The notes beneath the pieces are model-generated. The model was not told where the DNA came from, made no database searches, and saw only the letters and a list, made by a program, of their open reading frames with translations. Of a DNA stretch of 64,000 nucleotides, positions 48,670 through 60,587 are shown piece after piece (position 1 is the stretch's first letter; every line of letters begins with the position of its first letter). The stretch is from assembly GCA_004764695.1 (NCBI GenBank), contig SMSO01000032.1:4062483-4126482 (forward strand), read 5' to 3'. The stretch comes from Schizochytrium sp. TIO01 (lineage: Eukaryota; Protista; Bigyra: Labyrinthulomycetes). The position numbers and the translations under genes are program-made.

Positions 48670-51017
48670 TGTGCTAACAAGGGGATTGAGTGCCTTCTTG
48701 TCTACTATGTGAACTTCCCTTCTAAACCTTTAAGTTTCCCCAGTTTCTAAATCGTTTTGTACAAATAAGAATGCACAAGGACAGCGATGAACGTTACACG
48801 TCAGATTTAGTCAATCCCACGGCTCGGCAATCCACTGTCGCAGTTCTCAGTACTGTTGCCTGGCTGTGCACAACGAATATTCGGTCTGTGTGAGTTTCTT
48901 CTGCAGTAAGTGCCTTTAAAGGCTAGGCTGCCTCTGCGATGGAATAGCGCACGTTATCAAAAAGTCAAAGTCCTCGCTCAGTGGTCTCGCCAACAAAGAT
49001 CGCTCCTCCGAAGCTGCCACAGGTCCCAGGCAAGCGTGTTGAAGCAATCAACACCCTATACTCTTCCCTGCTCCAGTTCGTCCTGCCTGAACCTCAAACG
49101 ATCCTCGCGTGAAGCGCAATCTCTGGAACGGAGTTTGCTGCCCTGCCTGGTGCTGCCTGCGGTTTCTGTTGCAACTTTTTTTTATCAATCGTTTTTACAG
49201 TGTCGCGCTCTCTCCTCAAAAGCGGAGGTTTCATTTCTTTTTCTTTTTCAGAAATAATTAACGCTTCAAGAGTAACGTGTAATAACATCATCTACCACAA
49301 ACTGTTAGGCCTCCTCCAAAGCAAGGCAGCGGAAATAGAACAGCGAGCCCACCCCTGCTTAACATAGAGCCACCGAACAGAACGCAAAGAACGCCTCGAG
49401 AAATAAAAGGAAAAACAGAAATTATTTCTTGTCATTCTCCTCCTCGTAATACCTACTTAATTACTGTTAGGAAGACGCGTAGGTGCTTCTTAGGCTGTGG
49501 TATTTGTTATGGAGAATCAATCAATCAATGGATCAATCAATAACTTTGAGCGGTTTCACAATGATATGATGTCAGGAAAGCGATGATTGTCCATGAAAGA
49601 TAACTAAATTTCTACGTGAAGAGGATGATGATTGCAGTGCGTGGAAATGGCTGCATACCTCCATCGCTTCTGCGAAACGAGCAGGGCTGGCTGCGAGCGT
49701 AGGGCGAGGAGATGGACAATGTGAGCGGTTCCAAGGCCAATTTCTCCTGACCGACATGTGTAATGCGCAGTTTAGAAACTAGGTTGAAGGTTTGCAGTGA
49801 GGGAGATGAGAGCCAAGCGGCGCGAAATCCTCACGGACCCGAGCGGAATTGACGCGCTCCAGATCCACTGTGTGGACTAATTAGAGCTGGCCGGATGTGT
49901 CTGGTGGCACCTTCTTAAACCCGTTGTGGATAGGTTGAACTCATTTGACAGGGCTTGCAGTAGGATGGTTCCTTGACGCTGCGAAACCTCGTGCGCTCAG
50001 CGAAGAGAGACTCTGGTCGACACTTGAAAGTTCCCACATATGCCATCTCTTTTCAGGCAAATGTTTGAGGCAGCGTCACTGGCGCTCGTTACCTAAGGTT
50101 TACTACGAATGTCAAGGAGAACTGACCGTGGAGACGTGTCAGGAAAACCTGCTCAAATCATCCAACAGACCCTGGATCATTATGTCTTCCGTGGCCTCTT
50201 TGTTGCAATTAAAGCACGGGAGCTTAATAGTGTCCATTTTTCAATTTTTAATTTGCTGGGCAAGGTTTCCAATTTTGAATTCAGTGTTTTGAAGAGGATA
50301 TGCCATTTGGACAGGAGAAGATTACAGAGAAGATTAAAAATCAAAGGAAAGAAAAAAGTCGAAGCCGATCCACTTTTTTGGACCAATTTAAGTTGACCAG
50401 GAGTGTTATTTTCAGTGACAATGCAATGGAATAGAAACCATCCTGGAAACAAGGAGGTGACGAAACACATTCTTACACTGTGTTGTTGGAGGGGTCCTAT
50501 CCCGTCTAGCTAACGTGATGACATCGAGCTCAATACCTGTATTAAAGTGTGCAAAGACTCGCTTGTTAGCATTTCCTAATAAAGTAAAAAGTGTTGAGAA
50601 GCTCAAGAAAACTCCATCGCATCAACGAAGCTCTCAGCTTCTAAGGATCCTGAAGAAACATCCAATCCAACAACATCTTCTCAATCTGAAGATCAGGAAC
50701 TTCTTGCTTTTAGCCAAGACATCAATCATAGACTTTTCTTGATTTTTTTTTCGAAAGGCTGGTTACCGTGATTCTGAGAAAGGAGCTTAGGTACGACACC
50801 CTCTGCTAATTAAAAATTAAAATACCTTACTCAATTAAAAAGGAATTGTATAAACAAAGCATAACACCCGCTAAAGTACATGAGCCTGCGCCCTAGGACC
50901 CGATTTGGGTCAAAGGACTGCAGTATGTGATGTGTAGCTTACAACCTAATCGAATTTCGATTGATACAGAATCTGTAATAAATTATTTTACTTTCAGATG
51001 AAATCAAAGTAGAGTGT

Positions 51018-52898
51018 TCATGCTGCACTAGATGCGGAAGCTGCTACATCAGATGCCTCCAGATCAACATCTTCAAAAATAGATGCACTATCAACTACGT
51101 AGCTAGTATGTTTTGTTTCAGGACCTTCTGTAGGAGCTGTGGCGGCAGTTGTTGGTATTGGTGATGTTCGGCAATCCCCATGCAATGTTCGTGAAGGGTT
51201 CTGCTGGTTTTCGGTGGAACTGGATCCTCCTGTAGATCGTTTTGCTGGGCCTCGAAGACCCAGTATCTGACTAAGCTGGCCCATGAAACTTGTAAAACTC
51301 ACTAGTACCACTCCAAGAACATATGCCTCTGGAGATCGGAAAACTAGTCTACCTCCAAGGAAAACGCAGATCAGAATCGTATTGACGAAGGAGAAGAATG
51401 CAAAAACATATAGCCATTTTGCCATATGCATGGCAAACCGACGTAAGCCACTAGGAGGCGAGTCCCTCGCCGCAGACTTTGCTATGCGAGATATATGTGT
51501 TTGTAATTGCTGAATTACACGCCGAGCTGAAAAAATAAAGGCCAACGCAACCACAAGTGTGGAGCAACTATACAACCACGTGATAGCATCTGCATTGATC
51601 TGCTGGTATGTGGCCCCAATGATGGACACCACAAGATCAGGTAAAACGGTTCCAATCGCACAAGCAATGATTACTATTGGGTGTTTCAAAAAAATATTCT
51701 TGACAGGGCGAAGATCTTGCATGGCTCTTGCCATTTCAAACCAGAACATTGCCACCAGAGAAACACAAAACATCTTCATGCCTGCCAAAGAAGACCCAAA
51801 AAAACTCTTCATGCTGTAGGACAGGTTAGCATCATCAATCAGAAATGAGTGAACAATAGATCCTTGAATGCCAAGTATTCCGAAGAAGCCAGAAATGCAA
51901 TTCACAATGCCAAAGATAAGCATGATTTGACCTTGACCATATACACCACGCTTCCGATTTTTGCGTGGAGCTGGCGAGGAATATTGTGTGTGAGTTGGTC
52001 GGCTCAGTGCTGTGTGCATTGTTGTGGAACGAATAATGCGTCCTCCAGTCGCACAATTATTTGAATGGTGATCATCATCATGCTGAGACGAGAATCGCAG
52101 GTTGTCATCATTAGTTCTTGATGCTTTCGTCTGGTTTATTAGAGTCCTTGTTCGCGCGTGTTCCCTGACCTGTTGAGCTACTTTGAGACAACACCATGGC
52201 CGTGCTTCTGTTTGTAGTGCAAAATAAAGAGCCACTACCCCTAGAACAAAATCACCAATTCCGAAGATAAGAACACTTGCACTGATCCCCAGTAAATATG
52301 GGAGCATTAGATTAGGCTCGTCACACGTTACAGAGAGATATATGATTTCACCACTATACATAAGATCCAGGATGTCATATATTTCTGTTATTTGCATGGC
52401 AATAAGGGGAATACGGGAGTAAAGTTCCGGATCGTGATCTTGGCTGCCATGAATGAACTCGCCTGTACTAGGCAAAGGATCAATTGACATGGTAACGGCG
52501 GCCAGGGCACCTGAAGTAGCTAGTTTTTCATACATTGCCTCTTTGGAACAGCCTACATTGCCAAAATCAATCATACTTCCATCTACTTCAATTTCTCCTA
52601 CAGGATAAACCATATCATAAACAATAACGATGGTGTTAGAGTAGTCATTTTCAAAAGGTGGTCCGCATAGTTTGTCATTTCCAGCCAAGAAAACCGCTGG
52701 TCCAGTTGTCTTATTGCATTGCTGGTTGCCGAAGTAGCGGCCAAACTTGGTCGTGGGAATTGTGTAAGATCCATTGGACCATGAAACCTCCATACCATAT
52801 GTGGTTTGATGGCAGATGCAGCAGCTCAGCACTAATGCCAGGATTTGCGTACAAACGCTTTTATGCTGGGGTTGAACCCTTCCATATCTTGGTGACAT
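51018..52898 (-). CDS. Signal peptide + PA-like ectodomain + seven TM helices (GPCR-like), ~626 aa
   Basis: Hydrophobic leader ILALVLSCCIC; PA-like pattern (LCGPP..YSNTIVIV..GCSKEAMYEKLATSGALAAV..RIPLIAM); seven hydrophobic segments counted by eye; S/T-rich tail. Confidence 0.7.
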   Translation of the reverse strand: MSPRYGRVQPQHKSVCTQILALVLSCCICHQTTYGMEVSWSNGSYTIPTTKFGRYFGNQQCNKTTGPAVFLAGNDKLCGPPFENDYSNTIVIVYDMVYPVGEIEVDGSMIDFGNVGCSKEAMYEKLATSGALAAVTMSIDPLPSTGEFIHGSQDHDPELYSRIPLIAMQITEIYDILDLMYSGEIIYLSVTCDEPNLMLPYLLGISASVLIFGIGDFVLGVVALYFALQTEARPWCCLKVAQQVREHARTRTLINQTKASRTNDDNLRFSSQHDDDHHSNNCATGGRIIRSTTMHTALSRPTHTQYSSPAPRKNRKRGVYGQGQIMLIFGIVNCISGFFGILGIQGSIVHSFLIDDANLSYSMKSFFGSSLAGMKMFCVSLVAMFWFEMARAMQDLRPVKNIFLKHPIVIIACAIGTVLPDLVVSIIGATYQQINADAITWLYSCSTLVVALAFIFSARRVIQQLQTHISRIAKSAARDSPPSGLRRFAMHMAKWLYVFAFFSFVNTILICVFLGGRLVFRSPEAYVLGVVLVSFTSFMGQLSQILGLRGPAKRSTGGSSSTENQQNPSRTLHGDCRTSPIPTTAATAPTEGPETKHTSYVVDSASIFEDVDLEASDVAASASSAA

Positions 52899-53852
52899 GA
52901 TGACCAGCTTTAGATACGATAAAAGCAAATAAGGGGCCAATAACCAAGAAGATGATAACCACCAAAGTTGATTTGGGAATTGCCTACCTCAAAAGCGTTG
53001 TGCATATATATATGCTTTACCTTTGCTTTATGAATTCCGCTATAGCAAAGTCTATCGAAATGGACACAGTGGGGCTGCTAATGTTGTAACAAATAGTTCG
53101 CTTATTGATATCTGAGCTTATGAGCTCTACTGACTACTTTGCAAGCAACAAGGATTGGAGACATCAATTGCGCCCATGTGTAAAATAGATCAACTATAAA
53201 GGCATTAGAGAAAGCTCCAAGGACTTCTCCAGCCTCAAGCTTATTCTGTTCATACAGGGTCATGTATACGTTTATTATTAATCAAGCGAACCATTGCTTT
53301 TATGCTATGCTGTCGCTTGAACGCATTGTCCGTGCACCAAGGGGCGGTGCATTATATTTTACCTCGTAGTTTTCTTGGTACATTACCACGCTCCCAAATA
53401 CGCAGTTTGGGTTCAAGCAACTTCCATGCTTGGCCTGTACAAATGAGGGTCCTGGCGAATCAATGCTCAGAATCCTTGGTCACGTATTGTTCATTTTGAG
53501 TTCCGAGTCTCCGAGTCTTCAGGGTTTGGTCTTCCCCATAGTCACATTGCATGCCTCACCCCAACCCATCCTTAATACAGAGGTGCTATCTTATGCAACA
53601 CATCCTAAAAACAATCACACATGTGCCGGCAGGAAGGCTGCTTCTACAGTCATCTGACCTTGAATACAACTATATAAATACATCTTTGCTTGCAAAGGAA
53701 GACGCTGGTCACAGGCACTGCGGCAGGCAATGTGATCAGGTCACAATGAAAAATGGTCCTACCTGCTTCAAGTGAGAAGCTGCACAACTCAAAAGCTCAA
53801 TGACCCACCGGTTCACGTAACAGGGCTCCTCACGTTTCAATGAAACCGTGGT

Positions 53853-53892
53853 TATCATTATCATCATCATCATCATCATCATCATCATTATC
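53853..53892. repeat. (TCA)n microsatellite
   Basis: tatcattatcatcatcatcatc... read directly. Confidence 0.9.
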
Positions 53893-53975
53893 AGCAGCGC
53901 CATTACATTCCATGGGAAGCAATAAGGTACTACCACCTACTAACAGCGTGCGTTCACCGCAGCAAACGTTGTGAG

Positions 53976-54019
53976 CTTGCGATCTTGCGATCTTGCGATC
54001 TTGCGATCTTGCGATCTTG
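53976..54019. repeat. 8-bp tandem repeat (CTTGCGAT) x5
   Basis: gcttgcgatcttgcgatcttgcgatcttgcgatcttgcgatcttg. Confidence 0.9.
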
Positions 54020-54955
54020 TGCTTGGCTTGATTGCTAATGGCCTTCATTCACCTGCTCTTTTGTTGAATAAAGTAAAGACTCATTCTTGAAAGGAACTTG
54101 AATAAAAAATGAAAATAATCGATTTTTTTTACGCCAAACAAACATTGAAACAAAAAAAGGTACTACGTTTAAACAGATACTGAAATGCTTTGTGATATGG
54201 GTGCACGCGCTGACTTGCTACTCGGATCAACTAAGCTCTCTCCTCCGCGTTAACGACGCTTGGCCACAATTCTCCAATATCGTGTCGCATTGATCAGCGA
54301 AAAGTCGATCGATATCTACAGCCTTCACTGCAATGGTCATGTGAATCGTCCGATCTCTTATAAGCTGCCACGAAAACAGAGACTCTTGCATCCCAGAACT
54401 AGAAATCGAGGTCAGCCAACAGACTAGCCAATGCCAGTGATTCGTTGCCTTCGTATGATCGTAGCTCATACACACGCTGATGGGTTTCTCGGTATCGAAC
54501 TCGATGAGCGAGCGAGCGACCGAGGGAACATCCAGGTACTGCACCGTTTCTTTGATTCATTGATTCACGCAATGTAGCTTGGTGTAAATCCCTATCTCAA
54601 TAAATTGTCTCAGCTCTTGGAACCGGTGACAACTCAGAGCTCTCCCTCTTTTATGAGGAGGCGATCCTGAGCACTCCTCAATCATTCACGCAGAAGCGCT
54701 CCATCGTCACCTGCTATCCTCGCCCAAGATTAACAAGGAGGGGATCTCCGCACAAACCCACATCCGCACAAACCCACAAACAACTGCTTGAACCTCCACA
54801 GATCCTGCCATGATCATTTCTCCAGCTCTTCGTACACCATCACCAAGCAATGCTATGCGGCACCTGCCATGCACATTCACCTAAATGAACTCTGCTGCCG
54901 CGTCTCTGATCAATTCTTCGCTCGTGGCGTACTGTGCACGTGCTCCATTACAGTA

Positions 54956-55026
54956 CATCACATTACATTACATTACATTACACTGCATTACATTGCATTA
55001 CATTGCATTGCATTGCATTGCATTAC
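54956..55026. repeat. Pentamer repeat (CATTA/CATTG)n
   Basis: cattacattacattacactgcattacattgcatt... Confidence 0.9.
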
Positions 55027-55164
55027 CTAAACTCGCCTTCTTTACCTCTATCGAAGGCGACCGCAAAGCCTCTCATGAACTAGTAGGTAGCTTGCTGCTA
55101 TTACATAGCTATTAGAGGGATGTGGAACACCCTCGCTCCGCAGCAGCTACAGATTCCAAGCCAC

Positions 55165-55224
55165 GTAAGTAAGTAAGTAAGTAAGTGAGTGAGTGCGTGA
55201 GTGAGTGAGTAAGTGGGTAAGTGA
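55165..55224. repeat. (GTAA)n/(GTGA)n compound microsatellite
   Basis: gtaagtaagtaagtaagtaagtgagtgagtgcgtgagtgag... Confidence 0.85.
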
Positions 55225-57243
55225 GCAGATGAGCCACAAACAAACATTGGTCGCTCGACCCATCGATGCATGGTTGAACAACGAAACACCGTCACCAAAC
55301 TGATGCTGTTCGATAAATGGATGCTTAGGCACTTGGCTGGTTTTAATTGGTTCCAGACATCGGACTTTGATGGCCAACCTTTCAAAGGATGATCGAAGGT
55401 CAACGTCGAGGGGCTGGTGGCCAGGAAAGCAGAACGGCATTAATAACCAGAGCAACGCGCAATTGAATCGTTTCGTTCATTGACTGACATACACGGAGTC
55501 ACAAACTTACCTAGAGTTTTAGCTTTATCTATGATCTGCTGCTATCTACGGCTATGCACCGTAGCTTTTTGTTTGTCTCTTGTTCAAGTTATCTCGACGA
55601 GTCGTTTGGTATAAATTACAACATTCATAACAAAGAAGAAGAATTAGCGTTGGGTTGAGTTACAATGTTCGACCATACTGCTCTGATTTGCCTTATTTAG
55701 AGTCATTTTACTTTTTGGTTTCTCCTAACACCCTGCTAATACCTAGCTATCATGCACTACCCATGTGTAGCAAAATAATTATGATGCATGCAATTACATG
55801 CACCCAAATCGGCCTACGAATGCCGTTTGTGTCGCCTCGACTTCCCTCGTTTCGGCACTGCTCACTACTCTGAGGCAGCAAAGCTCGTGCCGTATTGGAT
55901 CTCAATCAAGAACGTGCTCCTTAAGGAGTCTTCGCAGGGGCGACACAAGTGCCACGCGTGGCGAATTAATTATATTGCCCGAAAGACTGATGTGCTCATT
56001 CCTGTAATTCCGCCATCATTCAATTAATTATATATAATCCCAAAGAACATTAAACTAGCCGCTAGCCTGAGTGCTACTGATTTCAGCTAGCAACTTAATT
56101 TTTTATTTCAAGTTGTATATAATAAATAAAGTTAAGTGATCAATAACAATAAAAGGATCGTCGAACTTCTTGTAAAGGCGGCCGTCGGCGATTAACTTAT
56201 AGGCCAGAACCGTGGAGACGAAATAGGAACGTGCCTCGTACTGCCTCGACAGACCCCTGGAGTAGCCACAAGCACGCTTGATATTCAACATCTGTGGAAG
56301 CGATGGCATGGGCAAGATGACATTACTTTTGTAATCTCGCTCTCTCTGTCCGCAGTTTAAGTTCACTCTCGGCAGAGAATGAAATTTTTATAAAATATTT
56401 ATAGTTTTTATACAATGTTTTTTCATTGTAAAATTTAAAAAAAAAAAAAAAAAACGAAAAAGGAGGAATACGACCTTCTAGAGAAACAAATGCCTACCAG
56501 CCCCTCGGCCGAAAATAGCGGCGATGAATACCGGTTTAAGAAGAACTGGTATTGGCTTGGCGAGCATAACATGTCCTAATAAGTATGCATTGAAGATCGA
56601 ATGCAATATCCGGTTAATAAATTCACCAAACCTATTTCCCCACACGATGCCGTATTTTTTATTTTTTTTTTTCATGATTACTTTTTATCTCATGATAATA
56701 ATACTTCGCTGCTTAAAGAAGAAGAAGGCGAAGAAGAAGTTATGATAAAACGCAAAACTTGAGAAACACCCAGCCATAAATCTTCTCCAGCTCAATAAAA
56801 CTCAAGCATCAAACGATCGTAGCAATCGCCAGCATCACCACCATCATCGACCAGCACAGACGAGGATAGCTGGAGGGACTAGCTCCTCGATCTCTGGAAA
56901 CAACCAAGTGGGTGGATAACCTCGCCATAGTACTCCTCTGAGTATTCACTCGCGGCCATAAGAGTGATTAGCAGTGAGTAGCGTTTATTTACATGAGTTG
57001 CAACATTCGAAGTTACCAATACTGAACGAGGAGGAAGCCGCTTTGCCGCTGGCAGAGTCCTTCAGGCTTGAAGCAAATCTAGATTGGCCGATCGGCGCTG
57101 CAAGGAGTTGAGGAGGAACCGGAAAGACGCGGCGAGCTGCAGAGACCGCCTTCGCCCGGGCAAAGCAGGCCTCGCGGGACCAGCGACGCAACCGGCGCCG
57201 GGTGAAGAACTGGTACCCTCGCTTCAACTACGGGCTCAAGGCA

Positions 57244-59171
57244 ATGTCGCAACCCACGCAGGCTGTGGCGAGCGACCAGGATCCGAATGCAAGCACTACT
57301 ACGGAACCCAATTATGACCTCCCAGAAGGACGCGTGCCGTTGCCTCCTACGGGAGATGATTTGAGGCCAAAGTCGCTCTTTAGGAGACAGCTCCCGTGCC
57401 CTCCAGCAATCTCTTCGCTTGAGGATGAAATAGGTAGAGACCTTTTTGCAAAGGCGCTCGTGACCGGAAACGCGAGATGCTTCTTTGCCCTCGTCAGCGC
57501 GTACAAAACTCGTAAGTTTGTTTCTAGTTGACGCCAGATCATGTTGCTATTCGCGTAGTCACCTTTGAAGCACCTCCTTCCTCGGGAAGGAAAATGTAAA
57601 CTTTAGTACTGAGAAAGGACATGGAGCTCGAAATACAAGCAAGCACAAAGCCTCTTTTCCCTGGACAGTCTAGGATTCACCTGAACGGCATGTGTTGATT
57701 GCCGAATTGCAACATAACCTCACCAGGGAGACATGTTCTGCTTTCTAAGTCCAGGAAAATGAAGGCAAGGTATATTGGCAATACGGTGTCCTTCTTTTGT
57801 GCAGAGAGCAATATGGCGAGGTTTACATATGGCGGTCCTTTAAAAAGGGTGTCAAGGTGCGTGTGAACGATGGATGACTAACTTTGGTACTTTTTCAATG
57901 TTCTTTTATTATCTATTGACGTCCCTGATTGCGTATGTTGAACAGAGTCTGAGCCTGCTTACTGTGGATTGGCAACCTTGGTGATATGTTTAAATACGTT
58001 CATGATTGACCCGTGTCAGCTATTTCGGCCACCATGGAGATTTTTCACGGAGTCGATGCTTTCATGCTGCGCCTCTTTAGATCAGGTGAAGGAGCGCGGT
58101 ATTACGCTACCTGAGCTTATGTGCCTTGCTCAGTGCAACGGAGCGCGAGTAACTCGCTTCGAGCGGGGTGGAGGCACTCTGGAGGACTTTCGAAACCAGG
58201 TTCGGTATAGCACAGCGCAAGATGCACGTGAACACATTCTTGTGATTTCCTATTCTCGCAAGGAGTTGAAGCAAAGTGGTGATGGCCATTACACTGTAGT
58301 TGGCGCCTACTGCGAGGAAAAGGATGCTTTGCTAGTTTTGGACACAGCACGCTTCAAACATGGACCGCACTGGGTATACGTAGAGGACATGTACCGGGCA
58401 ATGCGCCGCATTGACCCAGCTACTAACCTCTCACGGGGATATTTTACGTTAGTGCCCTCACGCTTGAGTTGCTCAACATTGTTTACGTTTCGTACTCGCG
58501 TTGAGGACTGGCAAGCGCTTGTAAATTTCTTTGAGGAACTTGGTAGACGAGAACTGGATGGCGCAGGGCCTGTTTGTAATGAGGAGGCAAGCTGCAGCTG
58601 TACCAAACCTCGAAAGAGCTATTTGAGCTCTTCTGACACTGAAGAGGAGTCTACTTTGCAACGCGACTCTGTGAAGCGCGCGATCAAGTGCTTTTTCAAG
58701 TGTATGCCGGACGAAGTTCTCGATGCGCTGACCACCTACCAGGACGAGTTTTCTTTTCCTAACTTGCCTTTCCGCCCTCGAGACCATGAGTTTAACATGC
58801 TCAATGTCAAGGCAGAGATCGAGGAACTCCCAGTATACGCTGTAGTCGACGAAGTTCTGGGTAGATTACGTCGCCCTGGTCAAAACCGTATGCTCTCTAC
58901 TATTCTCCTGCTTGCATTTCCAGAACCAAGCAAATTTTGCTTTGCAACAGATGTGACATTCAAGGAAATCCAGGATATTTCCTCTGCATCTGAGCTTTTG
59001 CAGGGCGAAGTTCGCACTCTGCGTCGTCAAATGAAGCTTATGATGGACGCCGCCAAAGATATCGTGCCAACTACTGCATCAAGTAGCAATCAATGTGCCT
59101 CTGATTCTTGTAGCCACACTTCTCGTTGCTGTCAGAAGCATGCCATGAGCAAGCGACCTTCAACCTTTTGA
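57244..59171 (+). CDS. PCS: Phytochelatin synthase. Exon 1 57244-57511, intron 57512-57945, exon 2 57946-59171
   Basis: Splicing ACT C|gtaagt...aacag|AG TCT gives YKTQSEPAYCGLATL (catalytic Cys); GDGHYT (His); LVLDTARFK (Asp); PWRFFTESMLSCC; LFRRQLPCPPAI N-terminus; Cys-rich C-terminus. Start codon uncertain. Confidence 0.93.
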
Positions 59172-60587
59172 ACAGTATAATTGGATTGGAAACCACCACT
59201 TGTACCTGTCTGTGTATTTGAAACACGTTTTTTAAAAATTAAAACTGAGAATGCACATACCAAGACTTCTGCCAGTGCTTCTACTGGTTGTTGGTTGCAG
59301 CTGATGATGCTGCCAGCTGATGAACATACCTAGTTCCTGATAACGTTTCTCTCTTGTATGATCTGATCATGCTGGGTTCAGTCAATTACAAGGTGGCGAA
59401 CAGAGCAACTTCGAAAGATATGTCGACGTTTCTTCTCGGCTTGATAACTCTCAGCCCTACGGCGGGACCATTTTAAGTGAATAGATGCAAATATGACTTT
59501 TTCCAAATTTGATACACTTAATTAGTTCACATCGAGAACAAGCCGAACTGTGTTGCCCAGCTATCCAGTTTCCCCTTGAAGGCTTCAACTTATCATACCT
59601 ATTTAAAATCTTTTTAATCAGCTAAGAGGAGTAGTAAAAATTGTCGGGTGTTTTGCAAATATGTTTTGCTTTCCTTTTCCGAAGTCGAAGTCATAGTCCA
59701 GCTTTGAAACTAAGTACTCAAAAGTTTCGCAATACAGTTCGTGTCGTGACGACCCTCAAACCACAATTTCGATTAAAATGCAGTCGGAACCACGCAAAAG
59801 GATCAATCTTTCCCAGACTAATTTCTTTGCTCTAATCCTGAGGCGCCGGCACTTCCGAGTGACTTTTTCCAACGTGTTACAAGACCCTGCCAGGATCGAC
59901 CTTGAGGGAAGCCGCCGAGGAAAGAAACGAATATGGTAACGAACTACGAAACAGATGATGTAGTATCTCTACTATGTTATCTCAAAAGACCTTTTTCGCA
60001 AAGAATCGCTTCCGTCCATAGAGAGCCTGAACTATCCGACAGACATCGTACAGGTCTCTGCTCTTTACGTCAATCACGACAAAGAAGCCAATAATGATTG
60101 AATCTAGCTGCTCGTACAAATACCTTAAGCAGGAAGATGATGTACCTCGATACCTAGCGCTCTCAATGATATATAGGTTTAACAGCTCCTATGTATCGCC
60201 TATTTGGCATTACTAGTCAATTTTCTTGCTACCATAACTGTAGAAAGTGTTAACATCAGTGTTAACAATCCAATTCTCCTTTGACTTCCTTAGAAATCAA
60301 TGTGATCGACTCTTTGATGTCCCTGTGTCACCACTCATGATTTAATATTGGAGACTCGAGCAAGCTAAGTCGAGTCGACAAACCTAAATTGGTTCTCACA
60401 GCGCTAGCAAAGTTGGCGTGCGTGGAGGACGTATCTTCTGCACTTAGCCTTGCTTTTGACGTGAGCAAGCAGAGAAGTCTTGCGTTCACTGAGCTGCGTA
60501 GGCTTCCCTGGATACCACTCCCATCCAGAGACCAAGAGATCCAAGTGCTTTGCACGTTCTTGCAGAAAATATAAATCCGTGAGAAAG

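Noticed and set aside
53976-55224. Short tandem arrays considered as CRISPR-like or telomeric
   Set aside because: No unique spacers and no telomere-type unit; ordinary simple repeats
24237-59171. Possible metal-detoxification cluster (CLN3, His synthesis, PCS)
   Set aside because: The genes are interspersed with unrelated housekeeping genes over 35 kb; no evidence of functional clustering
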